Below, one piece after another: positions 36,701-48,220 of a stretch of 64,000 nt of DNA. The first letter of the stretch is position 1. Each line of letters opens with the position of its first letter. Under the pieces are notes generated by a model, which worked only from the letters and a program-made list of their open reading frames with translations, did no database searches and was not told the origin of the DNA. Made by a program: the position numbers and the translations under genes. The stretch spans positions 992,001-1,056,000 of the forward strand of contig MU057781.1 in NCBI GenBank assembly GCA_013265495.1. The letters are read 5' to 3'. Source of the DNA: Vicugna vicugna (taxonomy: Eukaryota).

Positions 36701-37601
36701 CCGCCACCCCCTTAACTGGGACGGGCCCAGCCGCACGTCCTCGGGTGTGTGCGGCGGTGCCCCCGCTCCTCTGTCAGAGGGTGCGGAGCCGCTGCTGGAC
36801 TCGGGGGGAGGGTGGGGGGCAGCGGCGGGCGCGCTGTTTGTTCTGCGCTTGCTCCGCGGGGCGTCTGTCGGCACCAACAGCGCACCTAAGTCCCCGTCAC
36901 ACACACGGGTACACGTGGAAAGAATGTGTAACCACACACATGCGTTAAGTTTGATTTCCAGATAAAGAAATGATTGTTGGTATCAGAGGTCGCCTTCCTG
37001 CCCCGGCCCAGCCCTGACACTTCAGTCTTTTCACGGGTGGGGTGAGCAGGACTGGACCCGCCACCCGGAGTGGCTCCCGGCACCCGGCAGGCACTCCCTG
37101 GCCGCGTGTTCAGTTGACCGTGGATGGGCAGGGCTGGTGGCACTGGGGGTTGGGGGGAGCGGGGCTGCCGCTCAGTCCTGAGGGGCGTGAGGGTGAGGAG
37201 CGAGGGGCTGGACCCGTGGAGGACGGCCGGGCTCTGGTGGAGCAGGTGGGAGCCAGGGAGCCAGGGCCGCAACAGGGACTGCCGTGCTGCCGTGACCGAG
37301 CCCGGGGTCCTGCACCCAGGACCAGTCCCTCTCCGCCCAGACCCTTGCCCGCTGCTCCGCACAGCCCGCGCAGCAGACGGGGGACCGCGGGCCGGCGTCT
37401 GTTGGGGAGGTGTTGGCAAGGAGCGGAGCTGATGGTCCCCGGGGTCGGGACGCGTGTGGTTACACCCCAAGTCTCGGGCTGTGGTTAAACTGCAGGCAGT
37501 TAAAGTCTTGGTCTCGTGCAGTGGAGCTTCCGGCCCATCGCACGAAGCTGTTTTAGGCATGTTCTCCTGGGGTCTCACTTATTTCTCTTTTTGCTCTACA
37601 G

Positions 37602-37665
37602 GCACTAGGAAGTTTTTATTTTCTTCACGAATCCTTAAAAAACATCTACCAGTTTGACTTTAAAG
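37602..37665 (+). CDS. INPP5A: INPP5A coding exon (probably exon 5), 64 nt: ALGSFYFLHESLKNIYQFDFK(A)
   Basis: Acceptor atttctctttttgctctacag, donor GTAAGA at 37666. Not captured by the ORF track; translated by hand. Phase 0 to 1, fitting the next exon, which starts with CT. Confidence 0.96.
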
Positions 37666-39313
37666 GTAAGACTCCATGCTGTCCTTTGCTGTCTCCTGGG
37701 GGTTTCTGTCTTGGGGCCCCCAACACCCTGCCCGCTGGTCTGGCTTCTCCGGGTCCCCTCCGCCCAGTGCCCCTGCAAGAGGGCGTGTGCTCTGGGTCTG
37801 ATCGAGTCGTTTGCTGCAGTCACTAAGTGGGGAATCATTAGAACCCCTGGCTTTCTGGAGTTTCTGAAACCAAGATGACAGGCCTGCCCTGGACCACCCC
37901 CCCAGCCGTCCTGCCCTGTTGCCGTCCGTGCCGCTCCCGGGACAAGGCTCAGGCGGGGGCTCCGGCTCTCCAGAAGCGGAGCTAGAGGAGAAGGAAATGG
38001 CTCTGTATGTCGTATCGGGGCTCCTGTCAAACGTAAGATAATGAAAAACAGAAACGCGACTGGAGGAGGGCGTGTTTCAGGAAGAGACGGGCCAGGGGTG
38101 TGTTTGCAGCAGAGCAGGAAGTGTAGCCTGTGTCTAATGGGTGACACCACGTGTCTGTGCTGAGAAGACACCCCCCTCCCCAGTCTCCTGACACAGCCCT
38201 CGCCTCCGTCCTCTGACTCGGGGGCGTTCAGGCTGTGCCCCAGGCCTGAGGGGTCCCAGTGCCTGCCCGTCCGGTCTGCGGAGTCTGCGTGTCGACCTTC
38301 CGCGTGCCGCTGTCTCTGCGTGTTTCATAGAGTCCTTCAGAGCCCCCCATGTTGGGCTGTGGAGCCAGGTCACGTTAATCAGAAAGGCCACTGAGGGCGC
38401 GAGAACTGGGGGCAGCTACTCGTGTCGGTTTGTTCAGACTCGTCCTCACTCACTCACTCACTCGAGACAGATCACTCTCCCCAAGGCTGGGGGCCAGCGT
38501 CGTCTCCAGACTGCTTGAGAGGTGATGTCATCCACATTGAGAGCAGGGTTCTAGCCGGCAGGGGGGCTCTTCACTGCCCTGTTGCCTGGGGGTTCTCTGA
38601 CGCTCGAGACACAGCCTCTGGCTTCCCGCTGAGGAGCCTGGGGTGGCCGAGCAGACGGGGCGGGAGCCCGGGCTCGGGTTGCTCTCCCCGCCATCTCATG
38701 CCGGACCCCCGATGTCTGCAGGTCGTGTTCGTGGGCAGCAGGCTGGGAGCAGACAGGGACGGTCAAACACAGCAGGCCCAGGTGAAGCTGGAAGCAAAAC
38801 GGGTTATGTTTCTAATAAACCTGCACCTCCAGCTTAAACATCTACCAGATCTGCTGAACTTCTCCCGTTTGCAGGTCACCATTTGCATACGTGTTGTATT
38901 GCTAAGTCGGACTAGTCATGAAGTGCCTGGCCAGCCCCACAGTTCACTTAAACCTGTGCATTAGGTGCATGTTAGACGCACGGTAGGGGGCAGCAAGCCC
39001 CCTCCAGGGCCGGCCCCGCTGTCGCAGACAGGAGCTGTGATGCGGCGGTCGGCGGCTGCGCCCCGAGCCCACGAGCCCGGCGGGAGGCTTGCCGGTCTGT
39101 GAGCGCCGCGGCGTGCCCAGGGCGGGCGTGGCTGCTGTCCCACAGCGCCGGCGCCGGCGGGGCCTCGGGCTGCCCTTGCTCTTCTGCCTGGAACTGAGCT
39201 ACAGCAAGAGCAATCCAGCATTTGTGATGAGTTGGAGTGAATTTTAAAAAGAGATAGCCTGAATTTTAACACGTTGGTTCCTACCCAGAAATTTAAGAGG
39301 AAAAGGGGCGAAA

Positions 39314-42300
39314 GGGACTTCCGGTTTCTGGTCCAACACATGAAGAGCTTGGAAGTTGTCACTCCCATCCTCATGATGAGAAAAAATCCAAACAGGCTGC
39401 AAATAGATCCCTTAGACCCCTCAGAGAAGCAAGGTCACAGGGCAAACTGATGCCCCCCAAAGCAGAGGAGAACCTGGGCCTCCTGGGAGCGGGGACCACC
39501 ACAGGGGCCGCTGGTCTGGACACTGAAGGAAGGCTGTGTGATGCTGGGGGCCGAGTGCAGGCAGCTGGTAGGAGAAGCGCCGGGGCCCAGCCTGAGGGCT
39601 GTGCTGTCCTGGGCTTTACCTGCAGGACCTCACCATGTTCTCATGATGAGTGTGAAGAGAGGTCTCCATGCGCCTCTAGTGAGGGAGGGGAAAGCAGTGT
39701 TTTGAAACGTGCCCAGAGCGCTCTGCTCTCCTTGAAAGGCCTGCCCTCAGGAAAAACCATTTCACCAGAACCCAGAGTGTTGGCGTCTGATCAGGGCCTA
39801 ACCAGGGGGAGGGAGACAGACAGTTCTGGCCTCCTCCAGCCTTCCTGCTGCACTGGAGATTAGACACAGAGCAGACTGAATCCGCAGTCAGCAGGAGAGA
39901 AGAAAGCATGCAAAGCGAGCACAGATGAGTGGGAGTGAAGACACTCAGTGGAGAGCACTAATGACACCAAAAGCTGGTTCTTTGAAAAGATCAATAAAAT
40001 TGGTAAGCCATTAGCCGAGCTAACAACAACGAAAAGAGCACAAATGACCGACATTAGAAATGAGAGAGGGGCTGTCAATACTGATCCTGTGGACACTAAA
40101 AGGACAAAAAGGTTTTTAAGAAAAAAACTATTCCTATAAATTTGATAACTTATATGGACCAACTCCTTGAAAGGAACAGTCTACCAAAACTCACTCAAGG
40201 CTTGCTGGAAAATGTGAATAGATCTTTATCTACTGAAAGAAATTCAACCAATAATTAATAACCTTCTGCATAAGAAGGCATCAGGCCAGACGGTTTCACT
40301 GGTGATTTCACCAGGCATTTAAGGGCGACGTTATACCAATTCTCTGAAGTCTCTGCCAGGAAACAAAAGAAAAGGGAAAACTTCCTGATGCATTCTGTGA
40401 GGCCGGCATTGCCCTAATACCAAAACGAGTTGAAGATACCACGAAAAGGGAGAACTACAGACCAGTGTTTCTCGTGAACATAAAATGCAAAATCCTCAAC
40501 ATAATGTTAGCAGCTTAAAAGCAACAATGAACAAGAAAAATTGTACACCAGGGCCAATTCAGATTTATCCTGGCGTACAAGGCTGGTTCAACATTCAGAA
40601 ATCAATTAATGGAAGCCATCACATCAATGGGCTAAGGAAGGAAAATCAAATGATCCTATCAGTAGATGTAGAAAAAGCATTTGATAAAATCCAACACCCA
40701 TTTGTAAAAACTTGCGGCAAACTAGGAATAGCAGAGAACGTCCTCAACTGGACAGAGAGCATCTTCAGAGACTACGTTAACATCCTACGTGGTGGAGAGG
40801 AACTAGACGCTTCTCTGAGTAACAAGGTGAGGATGTCCACTCTCGGCATTTGTCTTCAGCCTCATTCAAGAAATCTTGGCTAATGCAGTAAGACAAGAAA
40901 AGTATATAATAAACTTACGGTGGGAGTGGCTGCCTTAGTTCTTAAATAACATGTTCACATAGAAAATCTCAGCTCAGCAGCGACAGCAGCAAGTCTGTCA
41001 CCAGAAGCAAGTTTTCAGGATCTGACTGAAGACGCACATGTCAGAGGCTTTCTTCTGTACCAGCAACGAACAGCTGGAATTTGAAATGAAAAACCCAGTA
41101 TCATTTGCCATAGCACACACACAAAAAGAAGTCCTTAGGGAAAAGTCTAACCAGGTGTGTACAAGATCTACGTGAGGAGAACTACAAAACTCTGATGGGA
41201 GGAACCAAAGAAGCCCTGAATAAACGGACAGACGGTCCATGTTCATGGGTAGAAAGACTCGGGAATTTGAGGATGTCAGTTCTTTCCAACTACATACTCA
41301 GCACAGTGCCAAACTCCCAGCAAGCTGTCTTGTGGGTACCGGCAAACTGAGCCTAAAGGTTCTAAGGGAAAGCAGGAGACCCAGAGCAGGCAGAACAGTC
41401 CTGAAGGAGAAGAGCAAAGGCGGAGGGCAGACCCCGCCGTTGTCAGGACTTTCCACAGCGGTCAGGACAGCGTGGTGTCGGTGAAAGACTGGACAGTAGA
41501 TCCCCGGCACCGAACAGAGAGCCCAGAAGTGGACGCACACGTCCACACTCGACCGACCTTTGACAGAGGAGCAAAGGGAGCAAAGTGGAGCAAAGACCGT
41601 GTTTTTAACAGTTGGTGCTGGAACCTGCTGGACGGTCACAGGCCCCCAGATTCAGTCTAGTCGCAGACCTCACACCTTCAGACTCACTCAAAGGGGGTCA
41701 CAGAGCTGAGCATAAGATGCGAGACTATAAAACTCCTGGGTGGCGACGTGGGAGAAAACGCAGGTGACCTTGAGCTAGTGACGGCTTTAGATACAGCACC
41801 AAATGCATGGTCCTTGGAAGAAAAAGTCAGTAAGTTGGACTTCATGAAAACTGAAAACTCATGCTCTGCAGAAGACACCGTTAAGGGAATGAGACAGCCA
41901 CAGGCCGGAGAACGTGCTCTCGGAGGACACATGAGATGAAGCGCTGCTGTCCGGAGCACACAGAGAGCTCCCACAGCTCAGCAGCAGGAACAGCCCAACT
42001 GGAAAGTGAGCCCAAGGTCTGAACAGGCGTCTCACCCGGGAAGATATATGGACGGCAACACCAGGCACTCAGCATCGTGTGTCATCCGGGAGCTGCACGT
42101 GAAAGCAACAGTGAAAACCACCGCACCCTGTGAGAGTGGCTTAAGTCAGAGAGACTGACGCCACTGCAGCAGCGAGGCTGCGCTGCGCCCACCCGCACCC
42201 TGGGGGCCTGCGTCTGTCCTGAGGACGTCCCCGGGCGCTGCAGTGATGACACGGTCTTTGCCTCGAGGAAGCCCATCCTGAGCAGACCTTCAGAGAGAAC

Positions 42301-42330
42301 GTCCTTTATTCTCAGTGGAACTCAAGCTGG
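39314..42330 (+). mobile_element. Ancient LINE-1 (L1M-type) relic: 5' UTR-like segment joined to decayed ORF2 (linker, RT, C-terminal parts)
   Basis: Decayed ORF2 peptides KSWFFEKINKIGKPLAEL (ORF 39948..40139), QGWFNIQKSIN...MILSVDVEKAFDKIQHPF (ORF 40485..40883) and KLDFMKTENSCSAEDT (ORF 41748..41939). A-rich + strand with many frameshifts. Boundaries approximate. Confidence 0.9.
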
Positions 42331-44399
42331 GCCACGGCTGTTAGCGAGGGGGGCTCTAGAAGGTCGGATAAATACCCCCCTGCAGGCGGGGACCCCCCAG
42401 GTCAGCCCAGGCCGCACCCCATTAGGTGGCGCCGCCTGCGGTGGTGCTGATGCCTGGCCCTGCCCCTTCCAGAGACAAGGGGGCTGGCCAGGAGCAGAGG
42501 TGTCCCGTGGAACCGGGCAGAGGCCAGCCACTGCTGGGGCTGGACCCTCACCCGCACCCCCTGCCCCGTGCAGAGGCCGAGTGGGGGCCCAGGGCCACCC
42601 TCCTGGCTCCAGGCTGGCTGTCAGCTCCGCCCTGCTCCAGAGCTCCCCTCCACCTCCCCCGAGGTGGCACTGCTTGTCCTCCACCCTCTGGCGGGGGCAC
42701 GTCCTCTGTCCACAGGGGCACTCCCCCTTCCTGGAGGCTAGTTCAGCTCCCCCAGCAAGACCCGGCTCAGGCCTCTCTTGGTGGCCACACTCAGGGGCAT
42801 CCAGGTCCCGTGTCAATCTGTGTCCCCTCTCCGGGCCCCATGTCTGCTTCCCGTGGCCGTGTCCTCAGGGCTCCCAGGAGGTTGAGGCCATGCCTGCTGT
42901 CTGTGTCCCCAGCTTCTGGCCCCGGCCCCACAACGCTCAGCGGACATCCTGGTGTCGCCCAGTGCAGGAGGAGCCTGGAAGGGCTGTTCGGGCTGGTGAG
43001 AAGCGGGGCTGGGGGCCGGGCAGGTGGGAGCCCACCCTGCAGGCCGGAGCCGCGTGAGGGCTGCTGTGTCACTGGTGGGGCAAGCAGGTGGCGTCTGTGC
43101 GGGATGGGCCTGTGGCCCCCCACCGGAGTGGTCAGCTCCCCACTCGGAGTCTAGGTGGCCTGCCGCCTCGAGGAGGGGAGCTCTGGACGTGCCGCGCCTG
43201 TGACAGCGGTGCACCTCCCCGTCATGATGCCGCCTGCGGGTGATGCTTGATAAATGCTGTCCTTGTGCGGAGATGGATGGGCGGTTACAGTAAGTGCTCC
43301 TGTGATTAAACGCCGCAGGTGGGGTTATGAATGGGTCACAGCTTGGCGGCGTCCCTGGTTTGTTTACACAAGCCTGTGCCCCCCTCCCCAGGCACCAGCC
43401 TCCTGCCTCACGGGTGCGGGGCTCTCGGGGGACCTGTCGTCCCCGTGGCTCGTCTCCGTGGTTTAGGAGGAGGGCCAGAGGAGAGACAGCGCTACTTCGT
43501 GTGCTCTGCCCCCTGCCCCCGAGTCACTGGGAAGACCTGCCCTGTCTCATCATTGCTGTTCCACCCACTTCAGTGGCCCACGGGGTGGGCGGTACCCCCA
43601 GAAACTTACAGTGGAGCTGCTCATGGGGCCTGAGCGTGACCCCCACGGCCACACCAGCGGCCTCCTGACACCCCAGGAATCTCACCCTTGGTGCGGACCA
43701 TCCGGCATGGTCTGGGCTGGAATCTCCCCGTGGCGGTCTTGGCTGGCCCACCTGCTGCCCAGGCTCCCCGCCCCACATCTTGGGGGGAAGCTGGCAGCCT
43801 TCCACCCACCAGGCCCAGTGAGGGTTGGAGGACCAGACTCGTGCATCCATTCATTTGTTCATTAAACCCCACCATGGACGTAGGGATATCGGTCTGTGGA
43901 AACAAACAACCCGAGGCCTGGCTGTAAAAGGACCAGACCAGGCCCTGCATGCAGGGGGTCTGCCAGGTGAAGGGAGGTGGCCCCCCACGGGCACTGGACA
44001 GGCCAGCATGGGCAGGGGTGGGGGCGCTGGTCCCAACTGCCCTGCCAGCTGTCCTCTCCCCCCGCCCGCCCCACGTGAACTCCTCTTCACTGCGTGAGTG
44101 ATGTTGGCTGGATCGAGGAGAAAATCGATGTTATTAAATAAATTCATATTAAGCAGGAGTGAACGGTAACTCCATAGCCATTTTAAATATAGCCGCAGTT
44201 TGAACAGAGGATGCCAATTAGCCCCTGTAAATCTGCAGGCTGGAAGCTCTCAGGGGATAATGAAGTGGACTGTCAGGTTCCAGGTCGTGGGGTGGGAATT
44301 TATGAGGCACACGTGTCCCCAGGAGCAACTGGCCAGACTGGGGTCGGTGGCCCTCGTCAGGCCCTCCTCCCGGGCCTCCCTCACTGCTCCGGTGGGACC

Positions 44400-44460
44400 G
44401 GGACCCCAGGTGGCCTCAGCTGGCTGAAGGGGGACCCCAGGTGGCCTCAGCGGCTGAAGG
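44400..44460 (+). repeat. Two-copy 31/30-bp tandem duplication (GGGACCCCAGGTGGCCTCAGC(T)GGCTGAAGG)
   Basis: Copies at 44400-44430 and 44431-44460 differ by one deleted T. Confidence 0.92.
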
Positions 44461-44502
44461 GGCTGTGGCGCTGGGTCACAGGGTTCTTCCACTCTTTTCT
44501 AG

Positions 44503-44606
44503 CTAAGAAGTACAAAAAGGTCACCGGGAAGGAGATCTACTCGGACACGCTGGAGAGCACGCCCATGCTGGAAAAAGAGAAGTTTCCGCAGGACTACTTC
44601 CCCGAG
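44503..44606 (+). CDS. INPP5A: INPP5A coding exon (probably exon 6), 104 nt: (A)KKYKKVTGKEIYSDTLESTPMLEKEKFPQDYFPE
   Basis: Acceptor ttcttccactcttttctag, donor GTGCGT at 44607. The peptide lies inside ORF 44211..44684. Confidence 0.97.
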
Positions 44607-47600
44607 GTGCGTGCCCCGCCCCGCCGGCCGCTTCCTCACCAGCGCGCTCACTTTCCGAGCGGCCACGTTGGAGGTGGAATTTAGGGCGTGGTGGGGGTCC
44701 CACCGCGGCGGCTGCCACCCTCCAGCGCTCTGTCTTCCTCGGAGGTCCTGAAACCCGTGCGGGCCCCTCTGGGCTGTCTGACGTGAGGCCTGGGAGGGTC
44801 CGTGGTGTTTATTGTTACATCATAGGTAAATTTTCTAATCTTCGTTTCCAGGCAAAGGAACCTTCCCCAAAAGTAGAAAAAGAATTATTGGTTGATTTGG
44901 GGCCTGGAGTGTGCTGGGTCCTCCCAGCAAACCTTGGTGTGAGCGGCTCAATCCAGCCCGTGAAACTATATGACCAGATAGCGGGGGTGTGCGGGGCCAT
45001 GGCACATGGGGGGTCTTCCCCGCCCCTAGAGTACTGGTGTGAGCCCCCGACTCTCACAGGTGAAGCCAGTGTGGGGCTGTGGCCGCCAAGAGACACAACT
45101 GCAGGCTTGGAGCCAGGGCCCCGTGTGCCCCCCACCCCTGCCCCGCGCACCTTCTCCAGGCAAGGGAAGGCCCTGGGATCGTCTCTCACCCCTGCTCAGA
45201 CACAGTTAATCAGAAACTTGAACGTATTTCCCTTGGGTTCTACTGCGCTTGTGGATAGTTCTGTCATTTTTATGAGCCGTCACACTGCATACGTCATTTT
45301 GGGTTCTGGTGTTTTTAGTAAACGTTATTAACAGCCAGCATTTTGGAGTCTCCTGTTGCTGAATGATTCAGCCCTGCTTCCCTGGCTCTCGGTGCCTGAA
45401 TCATGCTGGGATGTGGACTGTGACTGAAGCCTTTGGGCGCTGAGGTGGGGCAGCTGGGTGTCCGCACGCAGCCCGCCTCCTTGTCAGGAGGAGGCTCTCG
45501 GCCCCAAGAAGGATGGCTATGCTGAGTCCTCTCTGCCTGAGGATTGCCCGCCGCTCAGCGGAGGGGCCCCTCCTGATTTCAGCAAGGCCACAACTTTATT
45601 AACTTGCTTTATGACCTGATCCTGGAGGGACGGGATTGCAGCGCCTCTGTGAAGGATGGGCACTGTCTCCACGCCGGGACGCGGCTTCCTCATCCATTGT
45701 CCCCCAGCCAAGGCCGCGGTGTCAGGGGCCCGCCTCCTGTCCTGGCCTCCCCCGGCCTCCACTGTCCCTGCCCCTCAGCACCGCTCCCCCTACCCGCCCC
45801 TTGCTGCGTCCCGAGGTCAGAGGAGCAGCAGCCGGGAAGTTCCAGAGGCTTCAGTTCTGAACCCTCCTCGAGTGCAGCCGAATTTCAGCCCTGTGGCCCA
45901 TGGATGTGTCCAGCAGGAGGATGGGCCTGAGGTCCCCTTGAACAGGACAAGGGCCGAGAACTCAGTTTCAGTTCCTGCTGGTCTCCTGGTCCCAGTCCCC
46001 ATCCAGATGGTACTGGTGTGCACTCACCTCGGCCTGACAGTGACCAGGGCCCCAGTGAAAGGAGTGCGAGCTGGAGGGAAGCCAGGGTGGGGGCAGGGCT
46101 GCACACCACAAGGTCAGGGCTCGGCCGTTCCTGGACGCCAGCACCTTATAGTGGGAGAGCAAGCGGAAAGAGGTCCCCTGGGGCAGTTTGGGGCAGCCCT
46201 GAGCTCTGGTACTTAAGCATCTTGTCCAAAGAGGGTCCCGTGATGCCACTGCCGATGTCCAGGGTCCTGGTTCTCCTCAGGCCGATGACCCAGCACCCAC
46301 AGAGTGAGAGGCCTCCAGGCTCCCCTCGGGCCTGCCCGCCTCCCCCACCACTGGACTGGAGACCGCAGATGACCCTGGCTCTTCCCTCCTCACCCAGGGG
46401 TCTAATGCCAGCCCAGTGGGGGCCCTCACCTGACCTGGGGGTGGGCTGAGGTGCCTGACGGGTCAACAGGGAGGGACACAGGGTGGGCGGCGGGCCCTTG
46501 GAGAGAGCTGGACACAGGACGGTGAGGGCCACAGGCACCTGGGAGGGAAGGCAGGGCTGAATGGGGAGGCCACGAGGCCGGCCATACCCGGGTCAGCGCT
46601 GGGGCTGGGCAGCCAGGGCCGGGCAGAGCGATCCCAGGGACCCGGGCTGTGTGGTGTGAGGATTCGCGGGCTGGGAGCAGGGCTTTTGAGGTAGCCCCCC
46701 AAGCAGTTGAGGCTGCTGCCCACCCAGAGGCCGCCTGGTGCCTGGGAAGTCGATCCCACTGCGCTGGCCCCCGAGGGCGGGGGCGCACTTGGTGACCCGG
46801 CACCAGGTGGACCCTCCATGCGGCCTGGCTGCCCCGGGATCTCCCACAGCCCACCCGGGTCCCTTGTCCTCTCGGTACTCACCAGGGACTCCAGAATTCA
46901 GGGTCCTCCCCCTGCACCTGCGGCCTCGGGAGCTAGGGTCGCCGGAGGCTCCCAGTGTCCGTCAGCCAAGAGCTGTAAGAGGCTTCTGTGCCAGTCACTG
47001 TGTGTGCAGAAGGGAGCCCCACGGAGGAGGCAGCTTCTCCCAGAGAAAGTGTGCAGCCCCTCGCCCCCCACCCCCTGAGGCTCCGGCCTCCATCCCTCCC
47101 TGGGCAGGGGCCTGGGGTGGCCAGTGTGCATCCCCCTGAGGTGCTGGCTGGTTCCGGGGGGCAGACGTGAGGGGGCGGAGCTGCCCGCAGACCTGCTCCG
47201 GGGCCACACTTCCTGCCCGCAGGCAGAGGGGGATGCAGCTCCGTAAGGAAGGGGTTGGGGTGTCACCGGGTGGACCCTGGTCCCCCGACTGGAGAGCAGC
47301 GTGCTGCTGGGACTAGGTGACCCCCCGGGGCCCTGGCTCAAAGTGACGTTGCCGCTGGAAGCTGCCCCGACTGCGTGCGGCCCAGGGCCTGGCAGCGGGT
47401 GTCTGGGGGCGCCCGTCTTCCTTGCATCCTGATAGATGAACAGAAGGAAAATCTCACTGAGAAACACAGATGCTTCTCGTGTTCTGTCAACAGTGAGACA
47501 TTTCTCAGGTGTGTGGAGCTCCACGGCCGTTGCGGGGACTGACTGTCCGTGTCTTTGCTGGCGGCCCCTGCCTCGCGTGGCCTGGGGGGACCGTGGCGCC

Positions 47601-47659
47601 GGGGGTGGCGCTGGGGCAGCTCGTCCCCCGCCCTCCTGCCGGCCCGCGGGACCGTCCTT

Positions 47660-48220
47660 TAGCTTTGTTTGAACACATTTTGGGGGAGGGAATTAGTCTA
47701 AGACCGATTTCTCTTGCTTTTATTACCATCACTTAAGGATAATCTAAATGTAATTACCATGATGGAAGCATAATGCGATTCCAGATAATCCCAGCCGCTG
47801 CATATAAAACTAACAAAGCTCTCCCTGCTGATCTATAGGTTCTCTGGGCTCGACATGGGTTTCAAATGCTGCCTCTGGGAGCAGCACTCCAGATAATGTG
47901 AGACCATTTTTAAAAAGCAGATTTGTGTAGTCGATCAGGGCCAAGGCATTTTTTCCTCTTGCCCGTAGTGAGAAATTGGTTGTTACCATAGATCACAGGG
48001 ACCGCTCCAAGCTCTTATGAAAGATGAATTAATTCCACTAATGCTCCAAAGCGGGCCTTTCACAGGGAGGCTGTGTGCTGATAACCTTCCTGCAGCCTGC
48101 CTTTGCTCCCTGTGATTTATGCCGTCTTTTAGTAGATGAAACCGCCCGTATTCGCAATCCATCTCCTGGCTAAAGGAACCCTATTAACAAGGGATCTGAG
48201 CAGAGACTTAATATTGTAAG
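47660..48220. promoter_or_regulatory. Candidate conserved non-coding enhancer
   Basis: AT-rich island with CACTTAA (47730), GATAATC (47738, 47784), GTAATTAC (47750), AACAAAG (47812) and the palindrome GAATTAATTC (48026). Confidence 0.5.

Noticed and set aside
40485-40883. Reverse-transcriptase-like ORF
   Set aside because: A decayed L1 ORF2 fragment with frameshifts and stops on both sides; neither an active element nor a domesticated gene on this evidence.
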